Assembly (NCBI GenBank): GCA_002269645.1
Contig: NIVC01000104.1
Span: 711,179-775,178 of the forward strand
Reading direction: 5' to 3'
Source: Macrostomum lignano
Lineage: Eukaryota
DNA length: 64,000 bases
This document shows, piece by piece, positions 37,986 to 49,210 of the stretch; within the stretch, counting starts at the first letter, position 1; each line of letters starts with the position of its first letter. The position numbers and the translations under genes are program-made. Under the pieces are notes generated by a model. That model ran no database searches. It had not been told where the DNA came from and saw only the letters and a program-made list of their open reading frames with translations.

Positions 37986-40900
37986 ATTAGTTACCTAAAC
38001 CTCATTTCCAAAACCAAGCGCAGCATCTGCTGGCACTTCGATGAATCGACGGTGGGAGGGGGTGGAGGTTGAGGCATTTCAAGCAAGCATTTAGCTAGAT
38101 AAATAGCACTGCAGCGCAGGCCCCGAAGGCATCCAGTTTATTCATAGCCAATAATAATATACATCAACGAGAAAGCAGCTTTAATTTATACAGCAAAAGT
38201 GCATTAAGAATATATAGGAGTATATATAGATACATAAACTTCTGTACTTCTACCTATCCTAATCAGCGTACTCAGCAATATAATGATAGAAAACGAATGC
38301 TATGCGTTGAAAAGGTGCACCAAACGAATTTTACTATCTAGCCACTTACCATAACTAACTGATCAGAGGATTGAAGCATAGGTTGCTGCTGCTGCTGTTG
38401 CTGCTGCAAATGATAAGCTGGCCGAGGCTGACCAATCAAAGGAGATTGTGGCTGCTGCTGCTGCTGAGGCGTCTGTGGCGGGGTCAGATGCACAGCTGGG
38501 GGCGCTACAGGAGTGGAACGTGGCGAAGCAGCCGCACCAGGCGGACAGAATGCTGGCGAGATGGGGCCAGGCTGATGATGCTGCTGTTGCTGGGGCGTTG
38601 TCGGGGCTCGAGTCGGGGTGCCAGGCTGAGACGGAGGCGTCTGAGACGGCGCGAAACCTCCGCCGCCGCCGCCGCCGCCGGGAGCGCCGACGCCGCCAGG
38701 TGAGAACATAGAGCCACTGCCTGGTGAGGACATTGTAGTGGTCTCGTCCATAGAGTAAACCCTGCCTAGAGACGGCGGTGGAGGCGGCGGCATTGCGCCT
38801 GTGGCTAGATCGCCCGGCAGCTTGCCGCCGGCAGCCGCCACCGAAGCAGGCGTCGATGAAGACGATTTTTTCTTAGAAACTGTCGCAGGTCGCTGGTCGG
38901 CTTTGTTAGCGCGAGCCTGGTTCTGTTGAGTGAAAAATTGAATGCGAGCTTTAAGAATTTGCTGAAAATATGAACTTTACTTGTTTCTAGTGTTGGGTCT
39001 TTTCTCGCACTGTCTACATCACTTGAAGCATTGCTTGATCTGTCAGCCTCAGCCTCTCAGCCTCTGTAGCGCTCTTAGCCCCGCTATATAACACTCTCCC
39101 CATCTCTGTATCACTCTCACCCTCTCACTGTATCACTCTCACCCTCTCACTGTATCACTCTCACCCTCTCACTGTATCACTCTCACCCTCTCACTGTATC
39201 ACTCTCACCCTCTCACTGTATCACTCTCACCCTCTCACTGTATCACTCTCACCCTCTCACTGTATCACTCTCACCCTCTCACTGTATCACTCTCACCCTC
39301 TCACTGTATCACTCTCACCCTCTCACTGTATCACTCTCACCCTCTCACTGTATCACTCTCACCCTCTCACTGTATCACTCTCACCCTCTCACTGTATCAC
39401 TCTCACCCTCTCACTGTATCACTCTCACCCTCTCACTGTATCACTCTCACCCTCTCACTGTATCACTCTCACCCTCTCACTGTATCACTCTCACCCTCTC
39501 ACTGTATCACTCTCACCCTCTCACTGTATCACTCTCACCCTCTCACTGTATCACTCTCACCCTCTCACTGTATCACTCTCACCCTCTCACTGTATCACTC
39601 TCACCCTCTCACTGTATCACTCTCACCCTCTCACTGTATCACTCTCACCCTCTCACTGTATCACTCTCACCCTCTCACTGTATCACTCTCACCCTCTCAC
39701 TGTATCACTCTCACCCTCTCACTGTATCACTCTCACCCTCTCATTGTATCACTCTCACCCTCTCACTGTATCACTCTCACCCTCTCACTGTATCACTCTC
39801 ACCCTCTCACTGTATCACTCTCACCCTCTCACTGTATCACTCTCACCCTCTCACTGTATCACTCTCACCCTCTCACTGTATCACTCTCACCCTCTCACTG
39901 TATCACTCTCACCCTCTCACTGTATCACTCTCACCCTCTCACTGTATCACTCTCACCCTCTCACTGTATCACTCTCACCCTCTCACTGTATCACTCTCAC
40001 CCTCTCACTGTATCACTCTCACCCTCTCACTGTATCACTCTCACCCTCTCACTGTATCACTCTCACCCTCTCACTGTATCACTCTCACCCTCTGCATCCC
40101 TCTTACCCTTGTTTATCACTCTGTAGGAGACTAATTAATACATCGTTTTAATTGAACTGACGCATATTTCATACAACGGAGTATGAAATAAAAATTTGTA
40201 TTCAGTTGATAAAATTGCAGACAAATCTCCTATCTAAGAGGAGGAGGAGGAAGGGGCCCTACTGCAGAGCTCATTAGCCCTGTTTAATACTCCTATCTGT
40301 AATAAGCCTAGCTATGCTTATGCAACATACATAGCCTACTATAGAGGTAAGTTGATAATATTAGTGCAGAGAATGCTAGCCAACCAAAATCAGTTGGCCA
40401 GAAAGATGAGAGCGAGAGGAGAGGAGAGATATCGAGGAAAGTTAAGGCAGCTACAATATATGCTAGGGATACCTTAGCGCTGTAATTCCCTGCATACGAA
40501 TCGATTATTCACCTGACGAAAGTTGGTTTTCAACGTTTATGGAGGGAAACTGACATCAACCCCGTCTCACCAAAGAATACATAAACGCATATATATATGT
40601 ATATATATACTACGAGCGTAGACATTTACGGCTAGAAAAGTGAGAATCGTCAAATCGATAGGCAGTTTAAATACAATATGAAATCTGACACAGATGCATT
40701 TCTGCTTCACTACAGTGCAGCTGATAGCAGCAGCAGCAGAAGGAATAGAAATGAAGATTGTTCTAACACACACAGGTTCAGTTAATATCCCTATCTCCGG
40801 CTAAAAGCATTTGTCACGCGGTAGAAGGGCTATTTTTAGTAACAGATTTATATAATCGGGGAAAACGCACTAGCTAGGGAGTGAAATGCATATGCAGTAT

Positions 40901-43900
40901 CTATGCTCAAGCCGAATAGGGAGCTCCACAGGCAGTTTATGGGGCTATACAAGTAAAAAGCATATATTTATTAACCTTACAAAACTACATAGCATACAGG
41001 GTGCATAATACGCATCGCTCTTCCCTCCTTACCCTTATTTCCCTGTCCATCTTTATATTCCTTTGGGCCCAATTTAGTTAAGACTCTTTCTTCTACATCT
41101 ATAAATGGCAACATTGATGAGCGCCTAATGAACTGGCAAAGAGGCTGGAAGGGCACAGATGGAGGAGGACAGAGGAGACACACACCACATACGCAAAAAG
41201 AGAGGTAGTGATGCACCGCTCTTTAATAACCCAACTATTACTATAAAAAAGAATAGTTATATAGCCAATAGTTACTAAGCTGAAATATAGGCTCCGCAGA
41301 CAATAGAATCAGACAGGGAATATTTCGCCGATTCATTGTTAAGTAAAAAAGTGCAATAATAACTCCAATACAAATACTGTACATGCGTGCAAACACACTG
41401 TCCACGTCGTTGCTTTTGCTAATTAAAAAACGCCCGGGAGACGGAATGTCACCCCTTCTTCGGAAGAAATAAAAGTACATTTAATTAGGGATACGCCAAA
41501 CAAATTGCGGGAGGACACAGCAGAGGCGACACAAAAAATGCCAGCCTTTTTTGCCTTTCTTCAAAGAAATGTACAATAGCTTCTTCCCTATGTATACATA
41601 ATCAGGTATACACACCCATATACATATAGGTTAAAGACCCTTATCGCAGTTCTTCCCCCACACTGAGTGAAATGTTTACTTTTACTTTAGACAGAGCCAG
41701 CTATAGAATTTAGAGACAGGGCAACACTTTTCCCACGCGACCCACCCAATTCTGCGCAGGTAAGAGAGGGCCAGAGCTGGGACCAGAGATGGCAACAATT
41801 AAGAAATAGAGAAAGCGATACAGTGCTGCAAAACCTAGCTTGCCTTTCCCTTATCTTGGCTATGTAACATTAGGAAGCAAATTTTCTACACAAAAAACTG
41901 AGGATTGTATCCAAACATCCAAAAAGGAAATTAGGGATATAAAAAAGTAAAATTGCTGATGCTGATAAGCAACCATAATTCCCAAAGCTTTTTTTCGAGC
42001 TCACGGAAATATGTTCACAATGTATATACAGTCACTTTTTAGACCCATAATAATATAGAGGTGTCCCAGTGGGTAGGCAACAACGGCCTAGGTAGTAGGC
42101 AAAGTTCAATATTTCTACTACAGCTAACCGCGACCAACTACGCTTAACTTATTGGTGCATAATATAGCTACCAATATAGCTAAAATGGATACCACTTAGC
42201 AACCAGCTAATAGTTTAGACAGCTACTGTGCAGTAACCGCACAGCAACCAAAGTGCATAGTTACCATGGCTACCGCGTAGCAACAAAAATGCATAGTTAC
42301 CAGGGCTAGTGCGTAGCAACCAATATACTTAGTTACCATGACTACCGCGTACAACCAATATGCATAGTTACCATGGCTACGGCTTAGCAATCAACCAGCA
42401 TAGTTATTATATACCATGGATAACCAAGTAGCAAAAAACATGTATAGTTACCATGGCAACCGATTATTAATCTACTCCGAGCCACTGAACAGAGAGCTAG
42501 TGTGAGAATTGGATATCGGAACTTACCACCCATTTATTTCGCTCCTCCGGGGCAACTTTCTCCAAGTTTTATTAATAGTCTTGAATCGTTCCATCGGGTC
42601 GGGGATTTCCAAACGCATAGCCGGTTGCACCTGATTAGCGTATAACACCGGAGCTACCGTGGCTTTATCGCCTAAAGCTTCGTCTTCTAACCATCGGCTA
42701 GGATTGAATCGACGATTATTGCTGACGGCAGCGGCGGCGGCGGCCACGGCAGACGGGTCGCTTGAAGATCCGGGCGCAGGCGACGGCAATGGCGAAGCTG
42801 ACGGCTGTTGCTGCTGAATCGATACAGAGGAGCCAACGGTAGAAGATGATTGTAGAGTCACAATCTGCTGCTGCTGCTGCTGCTGCTGTTGTTGTGGCGG
42901 CAGCGGCATCGGGACAGTCATAGTTGGCGAGCCCCATGCTGGATGCTGTTGCTGCTGCTGCTGATAAGAAACAGTCGATGGTTGAGATTGAACAACGTGA
43001 TGCTGACCCATGTAAGGCGGCGGCGGAGGCGGCGGCGGCGGCGGCGGTGGAGGCGGCGGAGGAGGCGGCGGCGGCGGCGCAGGCGGCAACGCGCTCCTCG
43101 GCACCAGCTGTTGCATGTCGAGCATCTCAGCGGCACCCTGGTCGCACAGCTGCGCTAGACTAGGATCAATATTATCAATATCTAAATCGTCCTCCGGCAT
43201 TGGCCGTTCGGCAGCGGAATTGATTTCGTCGCCAAGCATGTTAAACAGATCTTCGTCCGGGAAGCCGACGTCCATGATGTCGCCAATGTCGTCGTCGTCG
43301 TCTGGTTCAGCTGGAACCGCGGCGGCGGCTGCTGCTGCTGCGGCAGATCCGGCACCGGCAGCTCCAGTAGCTATAGAACCGGAAGGTCCAGCAGAAGAAG
43401 CCAGGATAGCCGGTTTCACATCCATAGCAACCACTGATGTTGGAGTGGTAGTCACAGATGATTGCATCATAGCAGAGCCAGATAGCGACGGTTGCTGTTG
43501 AGGAGCACCCGGTACAGGTTGGTAATTAGGAAGGAATAGCGGAGGTCGATGATTTTGCTGATGCTGTTGCTGAAATTGCTGCGCAGATTGAGACAATTGC
43601 GGATGCATCTGATTGCGCAAAAACTGTTGCTGCTGCTGCTGCTGCTGCAAAACTTGCTGATTATTAGAAGGGAACGTTGGTGGCTTGGTAGCAGAATCGG
43701 CAAAGCCCAAGACTGGCTGTTGCTGCTGCTGCTGGCCGGCTACCGGACTCATGATCAGCTCACTGGCTGACATATCTGAATCTTCCTCGGCGTCCGATAG
43801 GGCCGGAGCTGCACCGGCGCCGCTCCCTCCGGTTCCGCCGGTACCGCCGCCAACTGCGGAAGCCCCGGAGCCCAGGAATGCTTCCATCAGATAGTCTGGG

Positions 43901-46900
43901 AAGGACTCTTCAATGTCGCCAACTCGACGCTTTGTTGAACGCTTCTTGCCGCCGCCGCCGGAGGCTGCCGAAGCGCCTGCGGTGGACAACTGCTGCTGAC
44001 CGGACGGCTTCCTCGGTTTAATCCGCTGCTGACGCGGCCGAAATCCGCCAACGCCTAAATTAGTGGGCTTACGCATTCGAACGGCACTAGCGGCCGGGGT
44101 GTTAGAAGAGGATTTTACTGCCGCTTGAGTCTTGCTAGCGGACGAGGCGGCGGTTTGAGCATCGGTTGAACTGGCAATGGACTCAGACAACTGGCCACCG
44201 ACGCTGACGCCGCCGACACCAACTCCGGGTAAGCCGCCGCCTTCCTCAGACTGCAAACTAGGCGATTTAATCTCCATTAGCAGATCTTGATTTGATTGCA
44301 GAGATTCGCATTCGGCTGTTTCAGGCGGATCGGCTGGGCCGTGGCCGAGAAGACGGCTGAGCTGCTGCTGTTGCTGCTGTTGTTGCTGTTGAGCAGCCGC
44401 AGGCGGCGGAGCCACCGGAGCACGGGCGGTGCCGCCAGACTTGCCATTACCGGCTCCCGCGGCAGTTTTCTTTGGCATCTTGAGCATAACGCTGCGTATG
44501 ACGCTTAAACCAGACTCGGACAGCACTACACCGTCCATGAAAAACTGTCTGGATGGCGTGTCCGGATCGGCGGCCGAGTTAGACGCGGCCGAAGCTCCGT
44601 GTGAACCTACTAATGCGCCGGCGACGCTTCCAGCGGCAGCGTTGCCAATGACAACGGAGCTAGGCGAAGTTAAGCCGCTACTAGCGCAACCAATCACGGC
44701 GTCTAACGCTGCCGATACTGATTGATAGCCGCCGTTGTTGACGCCGCTAGTCGTGTCGAGACCGGAGGAGCCGCCCGCGGCTGCAGCGGAGGTGGCAGCC
44801 AGGCGAGCCAGAGCAGGCGTTCGCAGCGGCTCCTGACCGCGACAATGATAGCACAGGTAGCCATAGTCGGCCACGGCTTCGGCTTCGGCCTCGGATTTTA
44901 AACCGTCGCACAGCACGTGACCCCATCGTTCGCATTGGGCGCAGTGGATCAGCAAGTCGCCGTCGCGATAGGGCGCCGTGCAAATTGGACAATTATAATA
45001 CGATTGACAGGGGCCGCAACGCGTGAAGTTCTTTTGCCAGGCGCAGTTGTAACCGGGACTGCGGCTGCCGCACAGGCCGCAAATGACGCAGTGCCGACAT
45101 TTCCAAGCGCCTTTTGGCACCTCGGTTAATGGCGGATCCAAACAGAATGTGTGATACGAGATATCGCAATCGTCACACAGTAGCAATAGATTCTCTCTGT
45201 CGGTATCGCCGCAGCCTTCGCACACTGTACAGTCTAGACAGCGCCAGCCTTTCTCAATCATAACAGGCGTGACTCGAGTGACTCCGGCGCAGAACGGGTG
45301 ATAGCATTGGCCGCACTGCACGCAGCACATGAGCCTCTGTTCGGGGCCGTAGCCGACTGCGCCGCAGGCTAAGCACACGTCCTGCGGATTATTGATTAAT
45401 AAATAACGATGCTTGTACTAAGATTTGATTTCTAAGAATAACTTCCAAATTACATGTATCTAGGGAGTTAGATTTCAATATTTACAGAAATAGTACTTAA
45501 AAATTAAATTTCTAGAAAATCGATTCCTGCTTTCTAAGAAACAAGAATTTTATTTTGTAGAAAGTTGCGCATAGATTAACTAGAATTTACTAGAAGATTT
45601 ACTAGAAATCGATTCTCGATTTCTAAGAAAAAAAATTCTTATTGCAGAAGATGGCGCCTAGATTTCTAAGAAATCGATTCCCGCTTTCTAAGAAACAAGA
45701 ATTTCATTTAGTAGAAAAAGGCGCTTAGATTTCTAAGAAACAATAATTTCATTTTGTAGACAATGGCGCTTAGATTTCTAAGAAACAATAATTTCATTTT
45801 GTAGAAAATGGCGCTTAGAATTCTAAGAAGTCGATTCCTGCTTTCTAAGTAACAAGAATTTCATTTTGTAGAAGATATAACAACATAAAGTATGGTATTC
45901 CGATTATAAAAACGGGCGATTTGGTTTATGATATACTGGCATTTCGAAAATTTGTAAATGTCATTTAGTATGGACTTCGAAACATTTAGCAGGTTTGACA
46001 AGCAAGCAAACATACAAACAAATATTAGAGATTTAGTATATTTAGATTAGAAGTCTAAAAAAGTTTACATGGACTTTTTTATAATAAAAAGCATTAATTT
46101 AACGGGATTAACCAGTGGTATTAAGCTCAACTTACCTGAGAATTAAAGAAGCGCTCTTCCTCCTCGCGGCACACAACAATAGTGAGCTGGTGATCGTCCT
46201 TGTCCTCCATACCGCCAGCGGTCGCGGCGCCGCTTTTACCACCAGCAGTGTCGCCGCCGCCGCCGCCGCCGCCGCCGCCAACTTTCCGACCAGATTTAGA
46301 CGAAGTCGACGAGCGCCTAGACGCGGCGGGGCCAGCCGAAGTGCCGCCTGATGAGCGCGGACCGCCGCCACCGCCGCTGCGAGAGCCTTTCTTACCGACA
46401 CTTGAAGCGGCGGCCGCCGGACCGCCTGGCGGCACTCGACGCGAAGAAGTTGCCGACAAAGATGACGATTGTCGACGAAGCTGATGTTGCTGTTGGGGCA
46501 GCTTCCCAGCGGCTTTCCCACTGCCGCCAGGCGGACCCCAGTCGGCATCTGCAGAGTTGTCGTCCTGGCCGCTGTCCTCGGCGTACTCGTCAGACGCAGC
46601 CGGAGTCGTAGCAGCTGTTGCGTTTGCCAACGTAGACGACACCGCGGCGACTGGGGTCGAACCCGTCGCAGTTGCCGTCGACGCCGTCATCCGCGACGGC
46701 AGCAATGAAGAGCCAGTTGCTGCAGACGATAATCTACTAGCACCAGACGATGCCATCGAAGCCCGACTAGCACCTGCAGACTGCAACGCCGGTCTGGATG
46801 CTCCGCCGCTGCTACGCTGACGACACCGACCGCACCTGGTGTAGTTCCGGTGCCACCGGGAGCTGGAACGCCGGCCGCACTGTAAACAGACCCGACAGCG

Positions 46901-49210
46901 TTCGCATTTCCAACCATTGCGAGGCACCTGCACAATAGCCGGCCGAAGGCAATAAGTGTGATAGGCCTTGTCGCAAACGTCGCACATTAGTAATAACTCC
47001 GGACTCTTATTCTCGCAGCACTGTTGGCATGCTTTGCACTCTGGGCACTGCCACCCAACTCTAACTGTGGGACTAAGCGTCACTCTCGGCTCCATACAAG
47101 TCGGATGATAGTGCTGACCGCAGCCTGTACAGCACAACATATCGGCAGCTTCTTGGCCGCCAGAAGCGGACCTGTCGCAGACGCAGCAGACAGGTGACCG
47201 GCCCATAGCCAGATGATCCAGGCACCATAGTCGGGGTAACTGACTACTGATAGCTGAACTCGAGCCAATAGCAGCGTCAGAGAGCGCGTCCGAGCAGTCT
47301 TGAAGACAACCGGCGGCCGCGGCACAGACCACGTGATAGTGCCGCTGACAGCGAGGCGCTGAGCACGGCACGCTGGCGCCCAGCTGGCGACAGAACGAGC
47401 AGGCTAAGCCTAGCGCAGCAACCAGAGCTCGCTCAGCGGCCACAGAATCCGTAGCCGAAGCGCCCGGAGTCCACATTAGACAGGACCGGTGCGCCCACAG
47501 ATTCCGGTCGGCGTCAACTAGCTGGACAAGATCGGGCTCCTCGGCATGTCCGATCCGGCCAAGCTCGTCCACAAGACCGTAGGGTCGGCCAGTCGAGTCC
47601 AGCCAGGGGCTTGGCAAACCGGCTGCTCGTTGGCTTTCTAGCGAGGCCCGACTGTCTCGGATTCGCCTAGCAACGTCATGGCAACAGGCGGCGACGTCGT
47701 CGAGAGTGGAGACACCGCTAGTGGACGCCGACAACGACATCGGAGTCGCCGGTGGCCGTCGTCGACCACCGGCTGGTCGGCGAGCGCTGAGTTGAGCGGA
47801 GCCGCTAGAGCCGGAACGGAAGCTGACTAACTCGCCGCAGCCTTGGCCAAATGCGCTGTTTGATGCGGGCAGATTGCAGAATGCGCAGACAGCCTGTTGC
47901 TGCTGCTGCTGTTGGGTGTTTGGCTCGGAGTAGCTGCGTGATGGTGGGGGTTGGGCTCTGGTGAGGGCGATTCTTGATGGGAGGTTGAGGGCGATTCTTG
48001 ATGGGAGGTTGAGGGCGATTCTTGATGGGAGGTTGAGGGCGATTCTTGATGGGAGGTTGAGGGCGATTCTTGATGGGAGGTTGAGGGCGATTCTTGATGG
48101 GAGGTTGAGGGCGATTCTTGATGGGAGGTTGAGGGCGATTCTTGATGGGAGGTTGAGGGTGATTCTTTGAGGTTGGAGGGCGATTCCACATACATCAAGT
48201 AGTCTGAAAGCCTCACTTTATGAGCAGGCCTCTTAAAAGCTATCAGAGATTCTAACGGTTTTGTGTGACAGGCAACTCTCGCTAATTAATTTTTATTTCA
48301 CATGAGTGAGTTTCTAATTGCAAGGATATCAATTTCCGTTTTGTAGCAGATTAGAGATGAGATTGATTTTGTCTAATTAACTTCCTTCATAAACAGACTC
48401 TCTTGCTTCGCCAGCAAAGCATCAAATTCAGGTAAATATTATCGCAATCGCAAGGGGTGATACTGATTGATTTTATCTCTAAAGCAAATTTATAGGCCAA
48501 TATCAAATAACAAAAGCCGAGGCCCACATTATATGAAATGTTTTTTCTGTCTTTTTGACTAGCCTGTTCGACAGCTAAAGCATTTAGAAATTATTTGCGA
48601 CAGGCGAGATATTGAGACAAAACTTTCCATTATTGTTTTGCTTATAGTAGCAGGTGCTACTTAAATGAAACAACTAGGAAAGACTGACAGCCCAGAAGCT
48701 GAGGATCTGGGAGGCTGGCCCAGCAAATGAAGATCAGCAAGTGTGGCCAAGCGCAAATATTGGGGATTTGGGAAGGAAAGCGATGGTGGCCCAGCACGTG
48801 GATCACCAGATGCAGAGTCCCCCAATTAGCACTCACCTATCCACAGAAGACAGCTCAGATTCCACAGACTCGGCTCGCTTCAGATGATGCGCGCCGCTGA
48901 GCAGGAGGTTGCCAGCGCGACAATCGCCTGTCGATGCAGTGGTGGCCGGAGACACTGGCTCGCTGTTGTTCTCATTGTTCTCATCTGAGCAGGTGCTGCC
49001 GCTATAAGACTCGTCCGGCCCCTCGGACGGATCCGGGGTGTCCACAATGTCCGTTTGGAGCATCTCCTGCGGCCCGATTTTGATTTTCAATTTGGCCAGA
49101 CGAGCCTGAGGCCCGCCGATGCCACGGCCGGATATTGATGAGGCGTGGCTCAATGGCAAGTCGTCCCCGCTGTCCACCTCAGGCTCCGTGCCTTGCTCCG
49201 TTTCGGACAT
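16824..49210 (-). CDS. KMT2C: Histone H3K4 methyltransferase KMT2C/D (MLL3/4; Lpt+trr unsplit), ~4,400 aa, ~16 coding exons
   Basis: Domain order ePHD-PHD-PHD, PHD x3, HMG, FCS-like Zn motif, ePHD, FYRN, FYRC, Win (GCARSEP), SET ([11 protein letters not shown]), post-SET ([15 protein letters not shown]). Junction phases are consistent except at 42549-42552 (frameshift) and exon 6. Confidence 0.95.
17169..17844. repeat. ~34-bp intronic minisatellite
   Basis: Unit gggtagataaggatggtagctaatgggagatatt with 30-bp variants. Confidence 0.9.
18341..18638 (-). CDS. KMT2C: KMT2C/D exon 15: SET N-terminal half
   Basis: [22 protein letters not shown]...[13 protein letters not shown]...[11 protein letters not shown]. 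Confidence 0.95.
18775..19350. repeat. 80-bp GC-rich intronic tandem repeat (~5 copies plus degenerate tail)
   Basis: Period 80 (18781 to 18861); one copy lacks a C in a C4 run (18941). Confidence 0.9.
20236..20337 (-). CDS. KMT2C: KMT2C/D exon 14: 102-nt symmetric exon after the Win motif
   Basis: CCCAG|...GAG|GTGAC; phase 2-2, open ([34 protein letters not shown]); GC-rich island in an AT-rich intron. Confidence 0.6.
20440..20850. repeat. ~36-bp minisatellite made of RFX X-box-like motifs (array 1)
   Basis: Repeated tagttaccatggatacagcatagcaaccaat, ~11 units. Confidence 0.9.
20916..21487 (-). CDS. KMT2C: KMT2C/D exon 13: FYRN, FYRC, Win motif
   Basis: [36 protein letters not shown]. Confidence 0.95.
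21530..21840. repeat. (TGGAT/TGGAG/TGGGG)n degenerate pentamer
   Basis: Directly visible. Confidence 0.9.
22288..23265. repeat. 23-bp intronic minisatellite, ~42 copies
   Basis: Unit agcagcatctctacctcactgtg. Confidence 0.95.
23291..23746 (-). CDS. KMT2C: KMT2C/D exon 12: C-terminal ePHD
   Basis: [21 protein letters not shown]...WLHLNCALW...CSHCNRLGA...YHVICA...YCPAH. Confidence 0.95.
23795..24370. repeat. 21-bp intronic minisatellite, two subtypes
   Basis: ctagtactcacttcactccga and ctagcacccaccccacttcgc. Confidence 0.9.
24446..24742 (-). CDS. KMT2C: KMT2C/D exon 11
   Basis: [10 protein letters not shown] motif typical of KMT2C/D; CTGCAG|...GAG|GTGTGT. Confidence 0.85.
24790..26080. repeat. 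21-bp intronic minisatellite, ~60 copies
   Basis: Unit gaacacctgaactaggctcta. Confidence 0.95.
26102..26856 (-). CDS. KMT2C: KMT2C/D exon 10 (CAQC...VFCSANC Zn motif)
   Basis: Matches the KMT2C/D FCS-like motif; AAG|GTATTG donor. Confidence 0.8.
26915..27325. repeat. 28-bp intronic minisatellite
   Basis: Unit atcccaatctatgatccagatcccaaat; begins ~6 nt from the donor. Confidence 0.9.
27333..28619 (-). CDS. KMT2C: KMT2C/D exon 9 (low complexity)
   Basis: TTGCAG|...G|GTAAGT, phase 1-1, open. Confidence 0.8.
28730..28850 (+). mobile_element. SINE-like dispersed repeat, copy 2
   Basis: Colinear with 8728-8845. Confidence 0.6.
28913..29504 (-). CDS. KMT2C: KMT2C/D exon 8 (coiled coil)
   Basis: AKKNQ...[15 protein letters not shown] continues the KKNLSAKSR motif from exon 7. 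Confidence 0.85.
30511..33135 (-). CDS. KMT2C: KMT2C/D exon 7 (poly-Q plus 24-aa coding repeat)
   Basis: 2625-nt open frame ending [14 protein letters not shown]|GTGAGT. Confidence 0.8.
31661..32500 (-). repeat. 72-bp coding tandem repeat, 11.7 copies ([24 protein letters not shown])
   Basis: No indels; four variable sites, three of them synonymous. Confidence 0.9.
33275..33453 (-). CDS. KMT2C: KMT2C/D exon 6 (boundaries and frame unresolved)
   Basis: GC-rich, coding-like. Acceptors at 33453 or 33426; donors at 33286 or 33275. Confidence 0.5.
33525..34212. repeat. 38-bp intronic minisatellite, ~18 copies
   Basis: Unit cagtatctcatattctagtgtctcatgcatcactccct. Confidence 0.95.
34254..34461 (-). 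CDS. KMT2C: KMT2C/D exon 5
   Basis: CAACAG|QSGVDP...[11 protein letters not shown]...A|GTAAGC. Confidence 0.75.
35560..37985. repeat. Cluster of (GATA)n/(TATC)n and (GA)n microsatellites in intron 4
   Basis: 35560-35825 (GATA), 36045-36097 (GA), 36803-37268 and 37868-37985 (TATC). Confidence 0.9.
38350..38922 (-). CDS. KMT2C: KMT2C/D exon 4 (end of HMG box, Pro/Gln-rich)
   Basis: CAACAG|NQARANK...ATG|GTAAGT. Confidence 0.85.
39095..40095. repeat. 22-bp near-perfect intronic minisatellite, ~45 copies
   Basis: Unit cctctcactgtatcactctcac. Confidence 0.95.
42240..42465. repeat. Minisatellite of RFX X-box-like motifs (array 2)
   Basis: Same family as 20440-20850; perfect GTTACCATGGCAAC at 42447-42460. 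Confidence 0.85.
42527..45381 (-). CDS. KMT2C: KMT2C/D exon 3: three PHD fingers and HMG box
   Basis: DVCLACG...CYHPFC...GWRCLDC; [13 protein letters not shown]; [20 protein letters not shown]. Confidence 0.95.
45420..45870. repeat. Degenerate AT-rich intronic repeat (TTTCTAAGAA core)
   Basis: Recurrent gatttctaagaaacaataatttcattttgtagaaaatggcgc variants. Confidence 0.7.
46136..47957 (-). CDS. KMT2C: KMT2C/D exon 2: ePHD and two PHD fingers
   Basis: VCAFCNL...GQG...WAHRSC; CGQHYHPTC...GWQCPECK; [13 protein letters not shown]. Confidence 0.95.
47963..48175. repeat. 24-bp minisatellite abutting the exon 2 acceptor
   Basis: Unit gagggcgattcttgatgggaggtt, ~9 copies. Confidence 0.95.
48837..49210 (-). 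CDS. KMT2C: KMT2C/D first coding exon (MSETEQ...)
   Basis: AG|GTGAGT donor, phase 2, joins exon 2 in frame. Acceptor-like TCAAAAG| 7 nt before the ATG. Confidence 0.75.

Noticed and set aside
37995-38094. Pro-rich candidate extra KMT2 exon ([11 protein letters not shown]...)
   Set aside because: Its open frame is incompatible with the phase-0 donor of exon 4.
42540-42575. Programmed -1 ribosomal frameshift at the HMG box
   Set aside because: No X XXY YYZ slippery heptamer in frame; a homopolymer error is simpler.
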